Positions 37,447 through 46,025 of a DNA stretch of 64,000 nucleotides are shown in pieces. Positions within the stretch are counted from its first letter, which is position 1; each line of letters opens with the position of its first letter. The DNA comes from a virus. The notes under the pieces are model-generated. The model made no database searches. It was not told where the DNA came from and saw only the letters and a program-made list of their open reading frames with translations. The stretch is taken from the IMG/VR virus record IMGVR_UViG_3300045988_156843; one strand, given 5' to 3'. The position numbers were made by a program, and so were the translations under genes.

Positions 37447-37544
37447 AATCCTTAAATTAGATGACCTTAATCTAGTAGAAGTGGGGAAGAGGGATTAAGG
37501 AAACCTCTTTCAAGTGCTAGCTACTTCACTCTATCCCCACTTTG

Positions 37545-37552
37545 CAAATATA
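37545..37552 (-). promoter_or_regulatory. -7 box TATATTTG (minus) upstream of initiator gene
   Basis: Plus-strand caaatata. It lies within the 17-mer tttgcaaatatagatat that is also found at 16712. Confidence 0.45.
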
Positions 37553-37589
37553 GATATTATTTTGGATAAACCCTTATAGATAACATAAT

Positions 37590-38720
37590 TTAAGCTATAA
37601 AAGGACTATTCAGCGCAATTTCCGTATCTTCATCCGGATTTTCAATGAATATAGGCTGTCTTTCTCCAGTAACAGCTAATATAACATTCTCAGAATTAAT
37701 GCCATTTATTGTAGAAATTATATATGATATCGTAAAGTCTATAGAAATATTAGATCCTCCATCAGCCTCTATAAAATCTTTCATTTTTATGTTTCCTTCC
37801 CAATTCTCAGAAGAAATATTAAGACCTTTTTCACTAAAGGCAAAATTAACAATTCCTTTGTATTTAGAGTCATGAATATTAGCAGCCTTTTGAAGACAAT
37901 TCAATATTTGCTTTTTATTAACTGTAATTTTAAACAAGATCGGATATTTGAGCAATGAATGGAAATTGGGCATTTTATATTCCAATTTTCTGACCATTAT
38001 CATTGTATTGTCACAAATAATAATAATATTATTTTCTCCATTTTTAATAGTGACCTTATCTTCTTTTTTTAAGGCTTTTACAATACCACTAAAAGAATTC
38101 TTTGGAATACCAAACTGAGTTGTGATATTGTTATTTTCCAATTGCATAGAATCATGATACATTTTAAATCCATCTGATGCAAATACATTGACTCTCCCTT
38201 CTATGATATCAATATTTAGACATCCCATAGAAAGTTTTATATCATCTAAATCACCAAGATACTGGTTGCTATTATTTATCCAATATGAAAGTAAATCAGC
38301 TTGAATATCAAAAGCATCAGACCCTTTATCGCTATTTAATTTCGGATACATATTTGGATCATCACATGGAAAAACTACAGATCCAGTATCTGTGGATATA
38401 GTAGATGAAATTATTTTTTCTCCTTCTACTGAACTTAATTTCTCTATTACTTCAATAGAAATATATTCATCTGATAGAAGAGATATGTAACTTACAAGAT
38501 TATTCTTGTTAATGCAAAAAATACCATTTTCAACATCTGCCTCAACAGGACATACCGTTTTTATAGCATTCTGATTATCATATGATAAGATCCATGCCTT
38601 ATTCTCCTTAATTTGAACTCTTATGTCCTCTAATATTGGAAGTATTTTTTTGTTACCGGAGAAGCTACCGCCAATTTCGATAGCTTCTAATAATTGTTTC
38701 CTATTAAATTTTAGTTTCAT
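37590..38720 (-). CDS. dnaN: DNA polymerase sliding clamp (beta-clamp-like)
   Basis: About 376 aa. The N-terminus MKLKFNRKQLLEAIEIGGSFSGNKKILPILEDIRVQI...SYDNQ matches the DnaN N-terminal pattern. Trimmed to the ATG at 38720. Confidence 0.7.
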   Translation of the reverse strand: MKLKFNRKQLLEAIEIGGSFSGNKKILPILEDIRVQIKENKAWILSYDNQNAIKTVCPVEADVENGIFCINKNNLVSYISLLSDEYISIEVIEKLSSVEGEKIISSTISTDTGSVVFPCDDPNMYPKLNSDKGSDAFDIQADLLSYWINNSNQYLGDLDDIKLSMGCLNIDIIEGRVNVFASDGFKMYHDSMQLENNNITTQFGIPKNSFSGIVKALKKEDKVTIKNGENNIIIICDNTMIMVRKLEYKMPNFHSLLKYPILFKITVNKKQILNCLQKAANIHDSKYKGIVNFAFSEKGLNISSENWEGNIKMKDFIEADGGSNISIDFTISYIISTINGINSENVILAVTGERQPIFIENPDEDTEIALNSPFIA

Positions 38721-38949
38721 TTTCTTTTGCCTCTTTTTTTTCAGCCAGTTTATATATAACAATCGCAGATAATGCCACTTTTAATTCCATTATACCTTTA
38801 ATCTTATTACCCAATTCATCTATGTCTATTTCCATTTCGCCATTAAATGAATCGATAATATTTACCATTTCTTTATCACCTCCTGATAAAAGAATAAAGC
38901 TTTTTATAAAATCACTATCAATACGAGTTTTTATTACAATTTCATTCAT
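38704..38949 (-). CDS. hypothetical protein
   Basis: Trimmed to the ATG at 38949, which overlaps the upstream stop (ATGAATGA). Confidence 0.45.
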   Translation of the reverse strand: MNEIVIKTRIDSDFIKSFILLSGGDKEMVNIIDSFNGEMEIDIDELGNKIKGIMELKVALSAIVIYKLAEKKEAKENETKI

Positions 38950-39127
38950 CGTTTTTAAATATAAAATTATTACAATAATATCCAATGTATCCCGGTTCTA
39001 CAAACATACCAATTTCTGTGGTTAATTCGTTACTATATTTAATATATACCTGATATCTCATGCATATATCTCTGATTGGACAATTTTCTCCAGTGCAATG
39101 TGCTACATCATTCATCAGTACCTTCAT
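38942..39127 (-). CDS. small Cys-containing hypothetical protein
   Basis: 61-aa ORF containing CTGENCPIRDIC. Confidence 0.45.
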   Translation of the reverse strand: MKVLMNDVAHCTGENCPIRDICMRYQVYIKYSNELTTEIGMFVEPGYIGYYCNNFIFKNDE

Positions 39128-39208
39128 TTAATACTTTAACATTGATTAATTTGTCTATGGTATCAATTTTTTTATCAAGATCGCATGCTTTCCTTAAGTT
39201 TTCTCTTT

Positions 39209-39373
39209 TCATTTTTCATCCTCCATAATTATAAAATATACTCCATCAATTTTAACATATGGAATTTTTTTATTCTTAATCCATGATGTTACTGTTTCCC
39301 TGACAACTCCTTTTAGTTCAGCATAATGACGAACTGTTTTTAATTTTGTTATATCTACTTTCTCTATTTTCAT
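39209..39373 (-). CDS. small excisionase/MerR-type HTH DNA-binding protein
   Basis: Hand-translated 54 aa not in the track: MKIEKVDITKLKTVRHYAELKGVVRETVTSWIKNKKIPYVKIDGVYFIIMEDEK. Confidence 0.5.
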   Translation of the reverse strand: MKIEKVDITKLKTVRHYAELKGVVRETVTSWIKNKKIPYVKIDGVYFIIMEDEK

Positions 39374-39385
39374 TTTTATTCTCAA

Positions 39386-39568
39386 TTAAAATAGTATTGT
39401 ATTCCAATAATTACGCCAATGCCCGAAACAATCGCATCGGTTTCCATCATTTTCCTTACGGACAAAAGCAAGATTGTTTCTATCAATCAACGGCTTATTG
39501 TAAGGATATTGTTTTACTCTGATTTTATAGGCTCGTAGAGCAAGCCTACGATTCTTTATTTTATTCAT
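39386..39568 (-). CDS. hypothetical basic protein
   Basis: 60-aa co-oriented ORF. Confidence 0.45.
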   Translation of the reverse strand: MNKIKNRRLALRAYKIRVKQYPYNKPLIDRNNLAFVRKENDGNRCDCFGHWRNYWNTILF

Positions 39569-39586
39569 CTCTATGTATGTTTTGAA

Positions 39587-39742
39587 TTAATCGACTCTTA
39601 CAATTTTGCCACTCTCTAAAATCACATATAACTTGCAGTTGTAATCAATAGAGCTTGCCCATTGATGCGCATATCTTACATATTGATGTAGCTTATATCT
39701 GCTTGGGTCGGAAAGCATCTTTTTTCTAATCCTTTTTTTCAT
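39587..39742 (-). CDS. hypothetical small protein
   Basis: Hand-translated 51 aa (MKKRIRKKMLSDPSRYKLHQYVRYAHQW...) that fills a gap in the operon. Confidence 0.4.
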   Translation of the reverse strand: MKKRIRKKMLSDPSRYKLHQYVRYAHQWASSIDYNCKLYVILESGKIVRVD

Positions 39743-39755
39743 TACTTTCTTGTTA

Positions 39756-40034
39756 TTAGTCAATTCTAAATTTCTGATTATGCAGATGTAACATAAGCCC
39801 TAAATATTCTTCCCACTCATCATGGGGTAAAGTTATATGGCATCTGAATTTGTCACAACAATAAGGGCATTCGTGTAGAACCATCATAGCGCCCTGCACT
39901 TCGGCAATTCCTACAATGTTATGTCCATGTTCCGTAGACTTGCATTGACATTTAAGCATTGGTTCATATCTGTATTCTTCCCATTGAGGGATAACAGGGA
40001 TATTGTATTGTTCATTTCCAAATATTATCTTCAT
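39756..40034 (-). CDS. Cys/His-rich hypothetical protein
   Basis: 92 aa, containing CQCKSTEHGH...HECPYCCDKFRCH. Confidence 0.5.
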   Translation of the reverse strand: MKIIFGNEQYNIPVIPQWEEYRYEPMLKCQCKSTEHGHNIVGIAEVQGAMMVLHECPYCCDKFRCHITLPHDEWEEYLGLMLHLHNQKFRID

Positions 40035-40051
40035 ATTTTTATTGTTTTACG

Positions 40052-40333
40052 TTAAATACTAATTGCTTTAAACTCTTGTGGTGAAATCATCTTCTTTGAT
40101 TTCACAGAAGAAAAAAACACTTCCGCAGGACAAACACATTCAGGCATTCCTCCTATATTGCAATCATCGGGAATAGTTGTCAATATACATAAACCATCTG
40201 CGGGCAAATGTTCACAACTTACTCTATCATCCCACTCAATGTACTTTTGTGCTTCCTTTGCGAGAGCTTCACATCTATGCCTATAATTTATGTAGGCATC
40301 ATCCGCATCTTTCAGTAACTTAGATATATTCAT
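40052..40333 (-). CDS. hypothetical protein
   Basis: 93-aa co-oriented ORF. Confidence 0.5.
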   Translation of the reverse strand: MNISKLLKDADDAYINYRHRCEALAKEAQKYIEWDDRVSCEHLPADGLCILTTIPDDCNIGGMPECVCPAEVFFSSVKSKKMISPQEFKAISI

Positions 40334-40514
40334 TTCTATTTTTATTCGATATAAATTCCTGATAAGCTTTTTCTAATTCCTCGCAATCATATACAGGTTC
40401 TTCACTTTCACCCATTACAATAGTCCAGCATTGGGATGAATGTCTTGTATAAACATTTTCGCTCGTCTCAACAGTATGGGACACAAACTCTCTTATTTCT
40501 TCTATTTTAATCAT
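40320..40514 (-). CDS. hypothetical protein
   Basis: 64-aa co-oriented ORF. Confidence 0.5.
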   Translation of the reverse strand: MIKIEEIREFVSHTVETSENVYTRHSSQCWTIVMGESEEPVYDCEELEKAYQEFISNKNRNEYI

Positions 40515-40541
40515 ATCTTTCTTACTTAGTATTGAGCCTTT

Positions 40542-41549
40542 TCAGGACACGTTAATATTAAATTTTTCTTTTATAAAAGACAGGATGTGTACAATTACAT
40601 CTACTGTCCAACCGTTACCAAGCATCCGGTATTGTTGTGTGTCGGAGCATTCCCATTTATACCAATCGGGGATCGTTTGCAATCGGGCGCATTCGGTAGG
40701 AGTCAGACGACGTATTCTTGCAATCATGCCGTCCCTTAAAATCCTCACATAATTGTCATTATCCCCCATTTTATGGACACGTTGATTAATTGTCCTACAT
40801 TTCACTGCGAATGGAAATTCAAATGGTTCAAACTTATAGGGGGTGAAAGTTTCCGTTTTCTTTCTTGATGCAAGACAGGAGACCATTTTATCACTCAGAT
40901 AAAACTTATCGTCCACTTCATCTTCAAGTATATCTTTCAACAAGACTCCTTTATCCACAGGCTGCGGTATGTCCGAATGCAGCTCACCAAACAGTCCATT
41001 TCTCCTCGTCCGGATATTCGTCCAATATATGCGCCTCCGATTCTGTGCTGATACCAAGGCGGAATTGATATGCACACCATATACACCGATAGCCTCGCTT
41101 AATACCCTTTCCCATTTCTTACCCATTTCTACGTTTTCCAACAAGAACAGCACATTCGGATTGTATTTACGAATATCGGTTAGGATACGCATATACTCCC
41201 AAAACAGATAAGACTCTCCTTCGAATTGAATGCCTTCCTCTTTTAATTCCAGGTAGCGATTTAGGGTGTATATCTCCTCTTTGTCGGCAGTGGACATCCC
41301 GACACGTTTTCCGGCAAAAGAGAATGACTGACAAGGGCTGCCACCTATCAACAAGTCAATAGGCTCCAACTGAGATACATCTACCCGGTTGACATCTCCG
41401 AGCTGAATTGTGTTCGGGAAGTTCAGTTGTGTCTGCTTGATGGCATGCTTGTCTACCTCGGATGCGTAGTACTTTTCCGGGATAATACCAAGCTGTTTTA
41501 AGGCTATTTGCCCACAACTCATGCCGTCAAATAAACTAAGTACTTTCAT
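40542..41549 (-). CDS. dcm: DNA (cytosine-5)-methyltransferase, no restriction endonuclease recognised nearby
   Basis: Motifs LFDGMSCG (I), GGSPCQSFS (IV), ENV (VI), QNRRRIYW (VIII) and GNGWTV (X). Confidence 0.9.
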   Translation of the reverse strand: MKVLSLFDGMSCGQIALKQLGIIPEKYYASEVDKHAIKQTQLNFPNTIQLGDVNRVDVSQLEPIDLLIGGSPCQSFSFAGKRVGMSTADKEEIYTLNRYLELKEEGIQFEGESYLFWEYMRILTDIRKYNPNVLFLLENVEMGKKWERVLSEAIGVYGVHINSALVSAQNRRRIYWTNIRTRRNGLFGELHSDIPQPVDKGVLLKDILEDEVDDKFYLSDKMVSCLASRKKTETFTPYKFEPFEFPFAVKCRTINQRVHKMGDNDNYVRILRDGMIARIRRLTPTECARLQTIPDWYKWECSDTQQYRMLGNGWTVDVIVHILSFIKEKFNINVS

Positions 41550-41561
41550 TACTTTTTTTAT

Positions 41562-41873
41562 TTATCGTTCTAACATACATTGTTCACACAGATGCAAAAA
41601 ATCGTTTCCTCGCAATTTTGAAGCAACTTCAGAGGATATATCATAAGCAAGCTCGCCTAATTCTTCACCTAAATAATAGGTATCATCTTTAAGACAGGCA
41701 AAATCTTCATCATTCTCAATTTGCTCTTTGAAGTAGGCAAAACCAGATTCTTCATCACTAAATAAATCAATCCATATCCAACTACTTTTGTTGATACCGT
41801 CAAATTGACGTTTGAGTAGTTGATATACTACTTTCAAGAAATCTTCTTTCATAATTACTTCATTTTTAATCAT
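41562..41873 (-). CDS. hypothetical acidic protein
   Basis: 103-aa co-oriented ORF. Confidence 0.5.
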   Translation of the reverse strand: MIKNEVIMKEDFLKVVYQLLKRQFDGINKSSWIWIDLFSDEESGFAYFKEQIENDEDFACLKDDTYYLGEELGELAYDISSEVASKLRGNDFLHLCEQCMLER

Positions 41874-42208
41874 TAGTTAATTACTTTTGCCAACTTATTA
41901 AAAGCCTTCTCTTTATCAAACTTAATCCCATCTTTGAACTCTAATATCAACTGCCAAAATTGTTTTTTATAAACATCACCTGCTTTATAGTCAGTTTTAT
42001 AATGACATTCCTGCGGGGTAGTCATTTCCTTAAATGTATTCATCGCATTAAGATATGTGGCTCCCCATTCTGTGAGCTCTACACTAACGGTATCATTCAA
42101 ATCTATTTCTATTAACTTACAAATCTCTATTTTGTGAGTTTCTTCCTTTGCAACAAGAGCAGCTTGTAAACTCTCTATCTGGTCTTTTAGAATTTCGATT
42201 TCACTCAT
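41873..42208 (-). CDS. hypothetical protein
   Basis: Trimmed to the ATG at 42208 (MSEIEILKD...), which removes the overlap with the upstream gene. Confidence 0.5.
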   Translation of the reverse strand: MSEIEILKDQIESLQAALVAKEETHKIEICKLIEIDLNDTVSVELTEWGATYLNAMNTFKEMTTPQECHYKTDYKAGDVYKKQFWQLILEFKDGIKFDKEKAFNKLAKVIN

Positions 42209-42221
42209 ATTTATCTTGTTA

Positions 42222-42860
42222 TTAATCAAACAGTTTAAATTCATACACCCATACATAAGGATTGCTTTCCCATGTCCCTTTGCCCGAAACTTTGTCTATC
42301 AAAGCGGAAAAAGCATCACGAGGAGTATTATATAGTCCGATATGTTTTTTATCGGAAGCACCAACGAAAGAATAGGCAATACCGCCATTCCCATTTGCAG
42401 AATCAAGCCTATAAATTCCTTCTTTCATGCAATCTTCATCGCTAATGTCCTGTAGGCGTTCAACCTTGATGTCGGTGATTTCGATATGGTGGGGCATCAG
42501 ATCGGCTTTCACAAACATCTTGTTAAAAAATCCGCTTTCCTTTGGCATTATAGGATAACCATCTTCGTCTAATTCGTAATCGGGAATATTACCACAATCC
42601 TTGTAGCTTTGTGCAATGGCAACTACTTCGCCAACTTTATATTTGGGGAGAATTTGTCCGCCATCAATCATACGTTCATCTTCGTCATACATACATATTT
42701 CAGTGACTTCACCAGAAGGTCTCTTACATACAAAATATCCTGCAACGTTTACAACTCTAAACTTTAAAGGATAAGTAACTATTCTTCTCGTCATAGTCTT
42801 CCGACCTTCTAACACAGCTTGAGTTAAGCCAAATCTATCATTGAACATTATTTTCTTCAT
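42222..42860 (-). CDS. ASCH-domain-like protein
   Basis: MKKIMFNDRFGLTQAVLEGRKTMTRR matches the ASCH N-terminal pattern. The ATG at 42860 overlaps the upstream stop (ATGA). Confidence 0.5.
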   Translation of the reverse strand: MKKIMFNDRFGLTQAVLEGRKTMTRRIVTYPLKFRVVNVAGYFVCKRPSGEVTEICMYDEDERMIDGGQILPKYKVGEVVAIAQSYKDCGNIPDYELDEDGYPIMPKESGFFNKMFVKADLMPHHIEITDIKVERLQDISDEDCMKEGIYRLDSANGNGGIAYSFVGASDKKHIGLYNTPRDAFSALIDKVSGKGTWESNPYVWVYEFKLFD

Positions 42861-43153
42861 ACCTTTATTAGTTTTAATGCTTCTTGTATTCCAATTTCTA
42901 ATGCTTCTTCGTAGGTGTCCCATTGACCACCATCGTTAGGACTGTCAAATATCCCATCGGTTATATGAGTGCCATTATCAGCTTTGCATATATCATATCC
43001 ATAACCGCAAGCGTTTCTAATGATGGAAATATGTAGGTTCTTGGTTTCACGTAGCCACTTTTGAGCAACAGACTGAGTAGGGAAATGATAACAACTGAAT
43101 CCTTTCTCTGTCAGCGACTTTAAAGTATCCAATGTTACAAATTTTTCATCCAT
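42857..43153 (-). CDS. hypothetical protein
   Basis: 98-aa co-oriented ORF. Confidence 0.5.
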   Translation of the reverse strand: MDEKFVTLDTLKSLTEKGFSCYHFPTQSVAQKWLRETKNLHISIIRNACGYGYDICKADNGTHITDGIFDSPNDGGQWDTYEEALEIGIQEALKLIKV

Positions 43154-43155
43154 AA

Positions 43156-43509
43156 TTATTTCTGCTTTTTAAGTTCTTTCAATACTTTCTTCGCTATCTC
43201 ATAACCATTCAATGGCCAACTGGTATAAACATCATCTGTGTGTTCATCGTAATGGTTGGCGTATACGTATTCCTTCAAGTTTTCACGAAAGGATTCACCG
43301 TCTAAACCTTCATCATCACAATCATCGTACATTCTCAATTTATGAGCTACCTCCTCACATTCTCGATGTGTAACAAAGTCATATACGATCCTGTCATAGA
43401 CATTTGTCTGACGAACATACTTTTGTCCCGGCTGTATCTTGCAACCACAGAAATCACATATGTGTTCTTTTTGGGCTGTTGGGTAAGTTACTTTTAGTAT
43501 TGTTGGCAT
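43156..43509 (-). CDS. Cys/His-containing protein, paralog of 58508..58861
   Basis: 117 aa. The C-terminal half is identical in protein and DNA to the right-arm copy, while the N-terminal halves have diverged. Confidence 0.6.
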   Translation of the reverse strand: MPTILKVTYPTAQKEHICDFCGCKIQPGQKYVRQTNVYDRIVYDFVTHRECEEVAHKLRMYDDCDDEGLDGESFRENLKEYVYANHYDEHTDDVYTSWPLNGYEIAKKVLKELKKQK

Positions 43510-43511
43510 AG

Positions 43512-43727
43512 TTATTTATCATCTTTAGTTATCTCCTTATATAAATTCCATAATTCCTGTTCGGTATAATCTTCACAAGAAATATCAAGTCTCCACGTCC
43601 ATCTATCATCAAATCCACCTGTATAATATCCAAGTCCCATTCTACTTATTTTATTAAGTAGTTTTAAAGGTGGTGTAGTACCACCGAGCAAGTTGCACAA
43701 ATCTTCTTTATTAAGTTCTACTATCAT
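43512..43727 (-). CDS. hypothetical protein, related to C-terminus of 59965..60312
   Basis: Shared pattern GLGYYTGGFDDRWTWRL...EQELWNLY versus LGYYVGGFNEEWRWLL...EEELWHLY. Confidence 0.55.
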   Translation of the reverse strand: MIVELNKEDLCNLLGGTTPPLKLLNKISRMGLGYYTGGFDDRWTWRLDISCEDYTEQELWNLYKEITKDDK

Positions 43728-43729
43728 AG

Positions 43730-43930
43730 TTATTTCTCTTTCTTTAATTCTTCACAATGCAACTTATAAGCATAGGCAAACATCTTCAAAGTAACAGGCT
43801 CAAAGTGAAAATCTGCTTGTTTACCTTCTACTACAACAGAAACACATAAATCTCCATCACAAAAATCAATATATGCCATAGCATTGTCATTCCCTTTGAT
43901 AGAAAAGGTTTGTGTCTGTATACTATCCAT
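43730..43930 (-). CDS. hypothetical protein
   Basis: 66-aa co-oriented ORF. Confidence 0.5.
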   Translation of the reverse strand: MDSIQTQTFSIKGNDNAMAYIDFCDGDLCVSVVVEGKQADFHFEPVTLKMFAYAYKLHCEELKKEK

Positions 43931-44159
43931 GATTCACCTCCTTTTCTAATATTCGTTGCAATGGATCAAAACTCTCATTTACTTGTTGTATTCCATCTAT
44001 AGCATCTCTTATATTGGCACATTGCAAACTACTTAAAGCATTTGTCATTCTAAACGCAGGATTTACCATACAAATACCAGTAAGAGCATCAATCAACTGT
44101 TCTTTGCTTAGTTGTTTTAACTGATCCTTAATTGTATTTCGCATTTCTTCTTCACTCAT
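43923..44159 (-). CDS. hypothetical protein
   Basis: 78-aa co-oriented ORF. Confidence 0.5.
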   Translation of the reverse strand: MSEEEMRNTIKDQLKQLSKEQLIDALTGICMVNPAFRMTNALSSLQCANIRDAIDGIQQVNESFDPLQRILEKEVNHG

Positions 44160-44161
44160 TG

Positions 44162-44623
44162 CTATTCCTTTCCTTTAAAGTGTTCGATTAGCTCTTCAAC
44201 GGTTGCCTTGTGCGAGGGGATACCCATAGAATCAAACTTATTCTTAGGAATTTTCCATTTATCCATACAGCATTTTAGGAGTGCTCCCTTCTCTATTATA
44301 GTATCAGGATAGTTAATACTTCCAAGCCTTACTTCTGTCACAAAGAACTGTTCTTTATCAGTATCATCCCTCAATGCAGCAAGAGCTAGAAACAAATCCT
44401 CGTTGGTTCCACAGTCAATACGTCCGGCACAGTCGTAAGTCCTGTAAGGATCTTTATCATCAAACAGAGTAGCAGGAATAGAGTGATAATTCTCCAAATT
44501 TGAAGCGGTAGATAAGCATTCTCCATCTTCGATAGATAATAAAGGTTTATATCCCAACGCTTCCAATCTCTTCCGAAGCTCCAGTGTATTCTTTCTTATA
44601 AAACATGATGTGGTAAATCCCAT
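44162..44623 (-). CDS. hypothetical protein, paralog of 59307..59765
   Basis: Both begin MGFTT.CFIRKNT.ELRK.LE.LGY and end EELIEHFKGKE. Confidence 0.55.
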   Translation of the reverse strand: MGFTTSCFIRKNTLELRKRLEALGYKPLLSIEDGECLSTASNLENYHSIPATLFDDKDPYRTYDCAGRIDCGTNEDLFLALAALRDDTDKEQFFVTEVRLGSINYPDTIIEKGALLKCCMDKWKIPKNKFDSMGIPSHKATVEELIEHFKGKE

Positions 44624-44625
44624 AG

Positions 44626-44817
44626 TTAGTCTTCCTCCAATTTCTCTAAAAGCTCTTTTGCTCGTATTTTACAATACAGGATATTATCAATTATCATACC
44701 ATCCATGCTTATATCTGCATGAAAACTCTTTATCGTTACCCATCCGTACCATTTTTTAACCTGTACGTCAAATATATGATCTAGCAAACCATATATATTT
44801 ATTCTGTATTTTTTCAT
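44626..44817 (-). CDS. hypothetical protein
   Basis: 63-aa co-oriented ORF. Confidence 0.5.
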   Translation of the reverse strand: MKKYRINIYGLLDHIFDVQVKKWYGWVTIKSFHADISMDGMIIDNILYCKIRAKELLEKLEED

Positions 44818-44828
44818 TGTTTTCTTTT

Positions 44829-44963
44829 TTAGTAATCATAAAGTTCAACACAATCTTCACACTCTATTACATCTTTCACTTCATCGTCAAAAATGTCTAT
44901 TCTCACAGGTTTACTTTTATCTTCTATTTGAGATAAAATGTCTATTAATTCTTGTACCGTCAT
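44829..44963 (-). CDS. hypothetical small acidic protein
   Basis: Hand-translated 44 aa (MTVQELIDILSQIEDKSKPVRIDIF...) that fills an operon gap. Confidence 0.4.
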   Translation of the reverse strand: MTVQELIDILSQIEDKSKPVRIDIFDDEVKDVIECEDCVELYDY

Positions 44964-44976
44964 ATTAATATATAGC

Positions 44977-45246
44977 TTATGTATTTATTATTTCTGAAAA
45001 TGTTTTTAGATATTCATCTAAATTCTCATAAAGTTTTTTTTCTCCGGATTGTAGAGCATATCCTTCTACAAAAAGTTGAAATGCTCTTTCTGCGGCTGAA
45101 AAGCAACAAGCATATCCTGCTAAAAAATCCTCCTTTGCATCATTAAATCTTTTAGCATAATCGTCATCATCTATTTCTTTCAAGGTTTTCATCCTGAAAA
45201 AAGTCTTGTGATCTGCATAAGCATAAGCCTCTTCATTTTTATTCAT
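44977..45246 (-). CDS. hypothetical protein, first gene of the leftward early arm
   Basis: 89-aa ORF with a -7 box 30 nt upstream. Confidence 0.55.
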   Translation of the reverse strand: MNKNEEAYAYADHKTFFRMKTLKEIDDDDYAKRFNDAKEDFLAGYACCFSAAERAFQLFVEGYALQSGEKKLYENLDEYLKTFSEIINT

Positions 45247-45275
45247 ATCTTTTTATTTATTAGTTAAACATGGAA

Positions 45276-45283
45276 CAAAAGTA
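45276..45283 (-). promoter_or_regulatory. -7 box TACTTTTG (minus) for leftward arm
   Basis: Plus-strand caaaagta, matching TAnnTTTG. Confidence 0.45.
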
Positions 45284-45345
45284 ATTAATAAATTCGGTAT
45301 TCCTAATACACAAGTGGTAATTAACTATACTTTAACATATACACA

Positions 45346-45381
45346 TAAAAAGAGAGTACTACTATCACTAGCAGTACCCTC
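45346..45381 (-). terminator. intrinsic terminator (minus)
   Basis: 9-bp stem gagggtact/agtactctc (one G-U pair) followed by TTTTT on the minus strand. Confidence 0.55.
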
Positions 45382-45475
45382 TCCCGTAATTATGACCAAA
45401 TCCTTGTATGCGTCTAAGCCAGCCAATTACTAAAACTAAACACAAGCCACAAATAAAAAAACTAAAAAATGTCAT
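45362..45475 (-). CDS. 37-aa hydrophobic peptide (MTFFSFFICGLCLVLVIGWLRRIQGFGHNYGRGYC)
   Basis: Hand-translated. It sits between a -7 box (45559-45566) and a terminator whose stem overlaps its 3' end and stop codon. Confidence 0.35.
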
Positions 45476-45558
45476 CTAACGCCTTAGAATCAGTTTGAAA
45501 TTTTAATAGCAATATATAGACAAAACAACACAGTATGAAATATCGCCTAAACGCACCA

Positions 45559-45566
45559 CAAATATA
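45559..45566 (-). promoter_or_regulatory. -7 box TATATTTG (minus)
   Basis: Plus-strand caaatata. Confidence 0.4.
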
Positions 45567-45682
45567 AAACATACTTTCGAATATACAATAGGTATTTCTC
45601 TTTTTAACAAAAAAATAGGAATCCAGTGCATACTAAACTACTGGACTCCCATAAATATCAATGTTTTCTACACATTACGCCA

Positions 45683-45690
45683 CAAATATA
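45683..45690 (-). promoter_or_regulatory. -7 box TATATTTG (minus)
   Basis: Plus-strand caaatata. Confidence 0.35.
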
Positions 45691-45766
45691 GCAAAAAACG
45701 AGCACTATTTCACAACAGCACCCGTTTAAAACAAAAAATATATGAAATAAACAGATAATTTCAATG

Positions 45767-45774
45767 CAAATATA
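45767..45774 (-). promoter_or_regulatory. -7 box TATATTTG (minus)
   Basis: Plus-strand caaatata, just downstream of terminator 45793-45829. Confidence 0.35.
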
Positions 45775-45792
45775 AGAATATTATTCAATATA

Positions 45793-45829
45793 CAAAAAGT
45801 AGAGCAGTCTTGGCGGTGACTGCTCTACT
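45793..45829 (-). terminator. strong intrinsic terminator (minus)
   Basis: Perfect 12-bp stem agtagagcagtc/gactgctctact with an 8-nt loop, followed by TTTTT on the minus strand. Confidence 0.8.
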
Positions 45830-45988
45830 TGGGGTATAAAACAAGTTGTTGTAAGGTGATGTAATAGAATCGCTATCACAACGGTCTTTCCATCTAATCG
45901 CTTCTTTGAATAACTAATGGCGCAAAAATAAGAACTTTTTTGATTATACAAAAACAAAATAGATATTTTGCGATTTTTTTTGCACACG

Positions 45989-46025
45989 AAAAAGTAGAAG
46001 AACCCACGCAAAAGTTTCTTCTACT
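45989..46025 (-). terminator. intrinsic terminator (minus) after the Cys-rich cassette
   Basis: 10-bp stem agtagaagaa/ttcttctact followed by TTTT on the minus strand. Confidence 0.55.
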
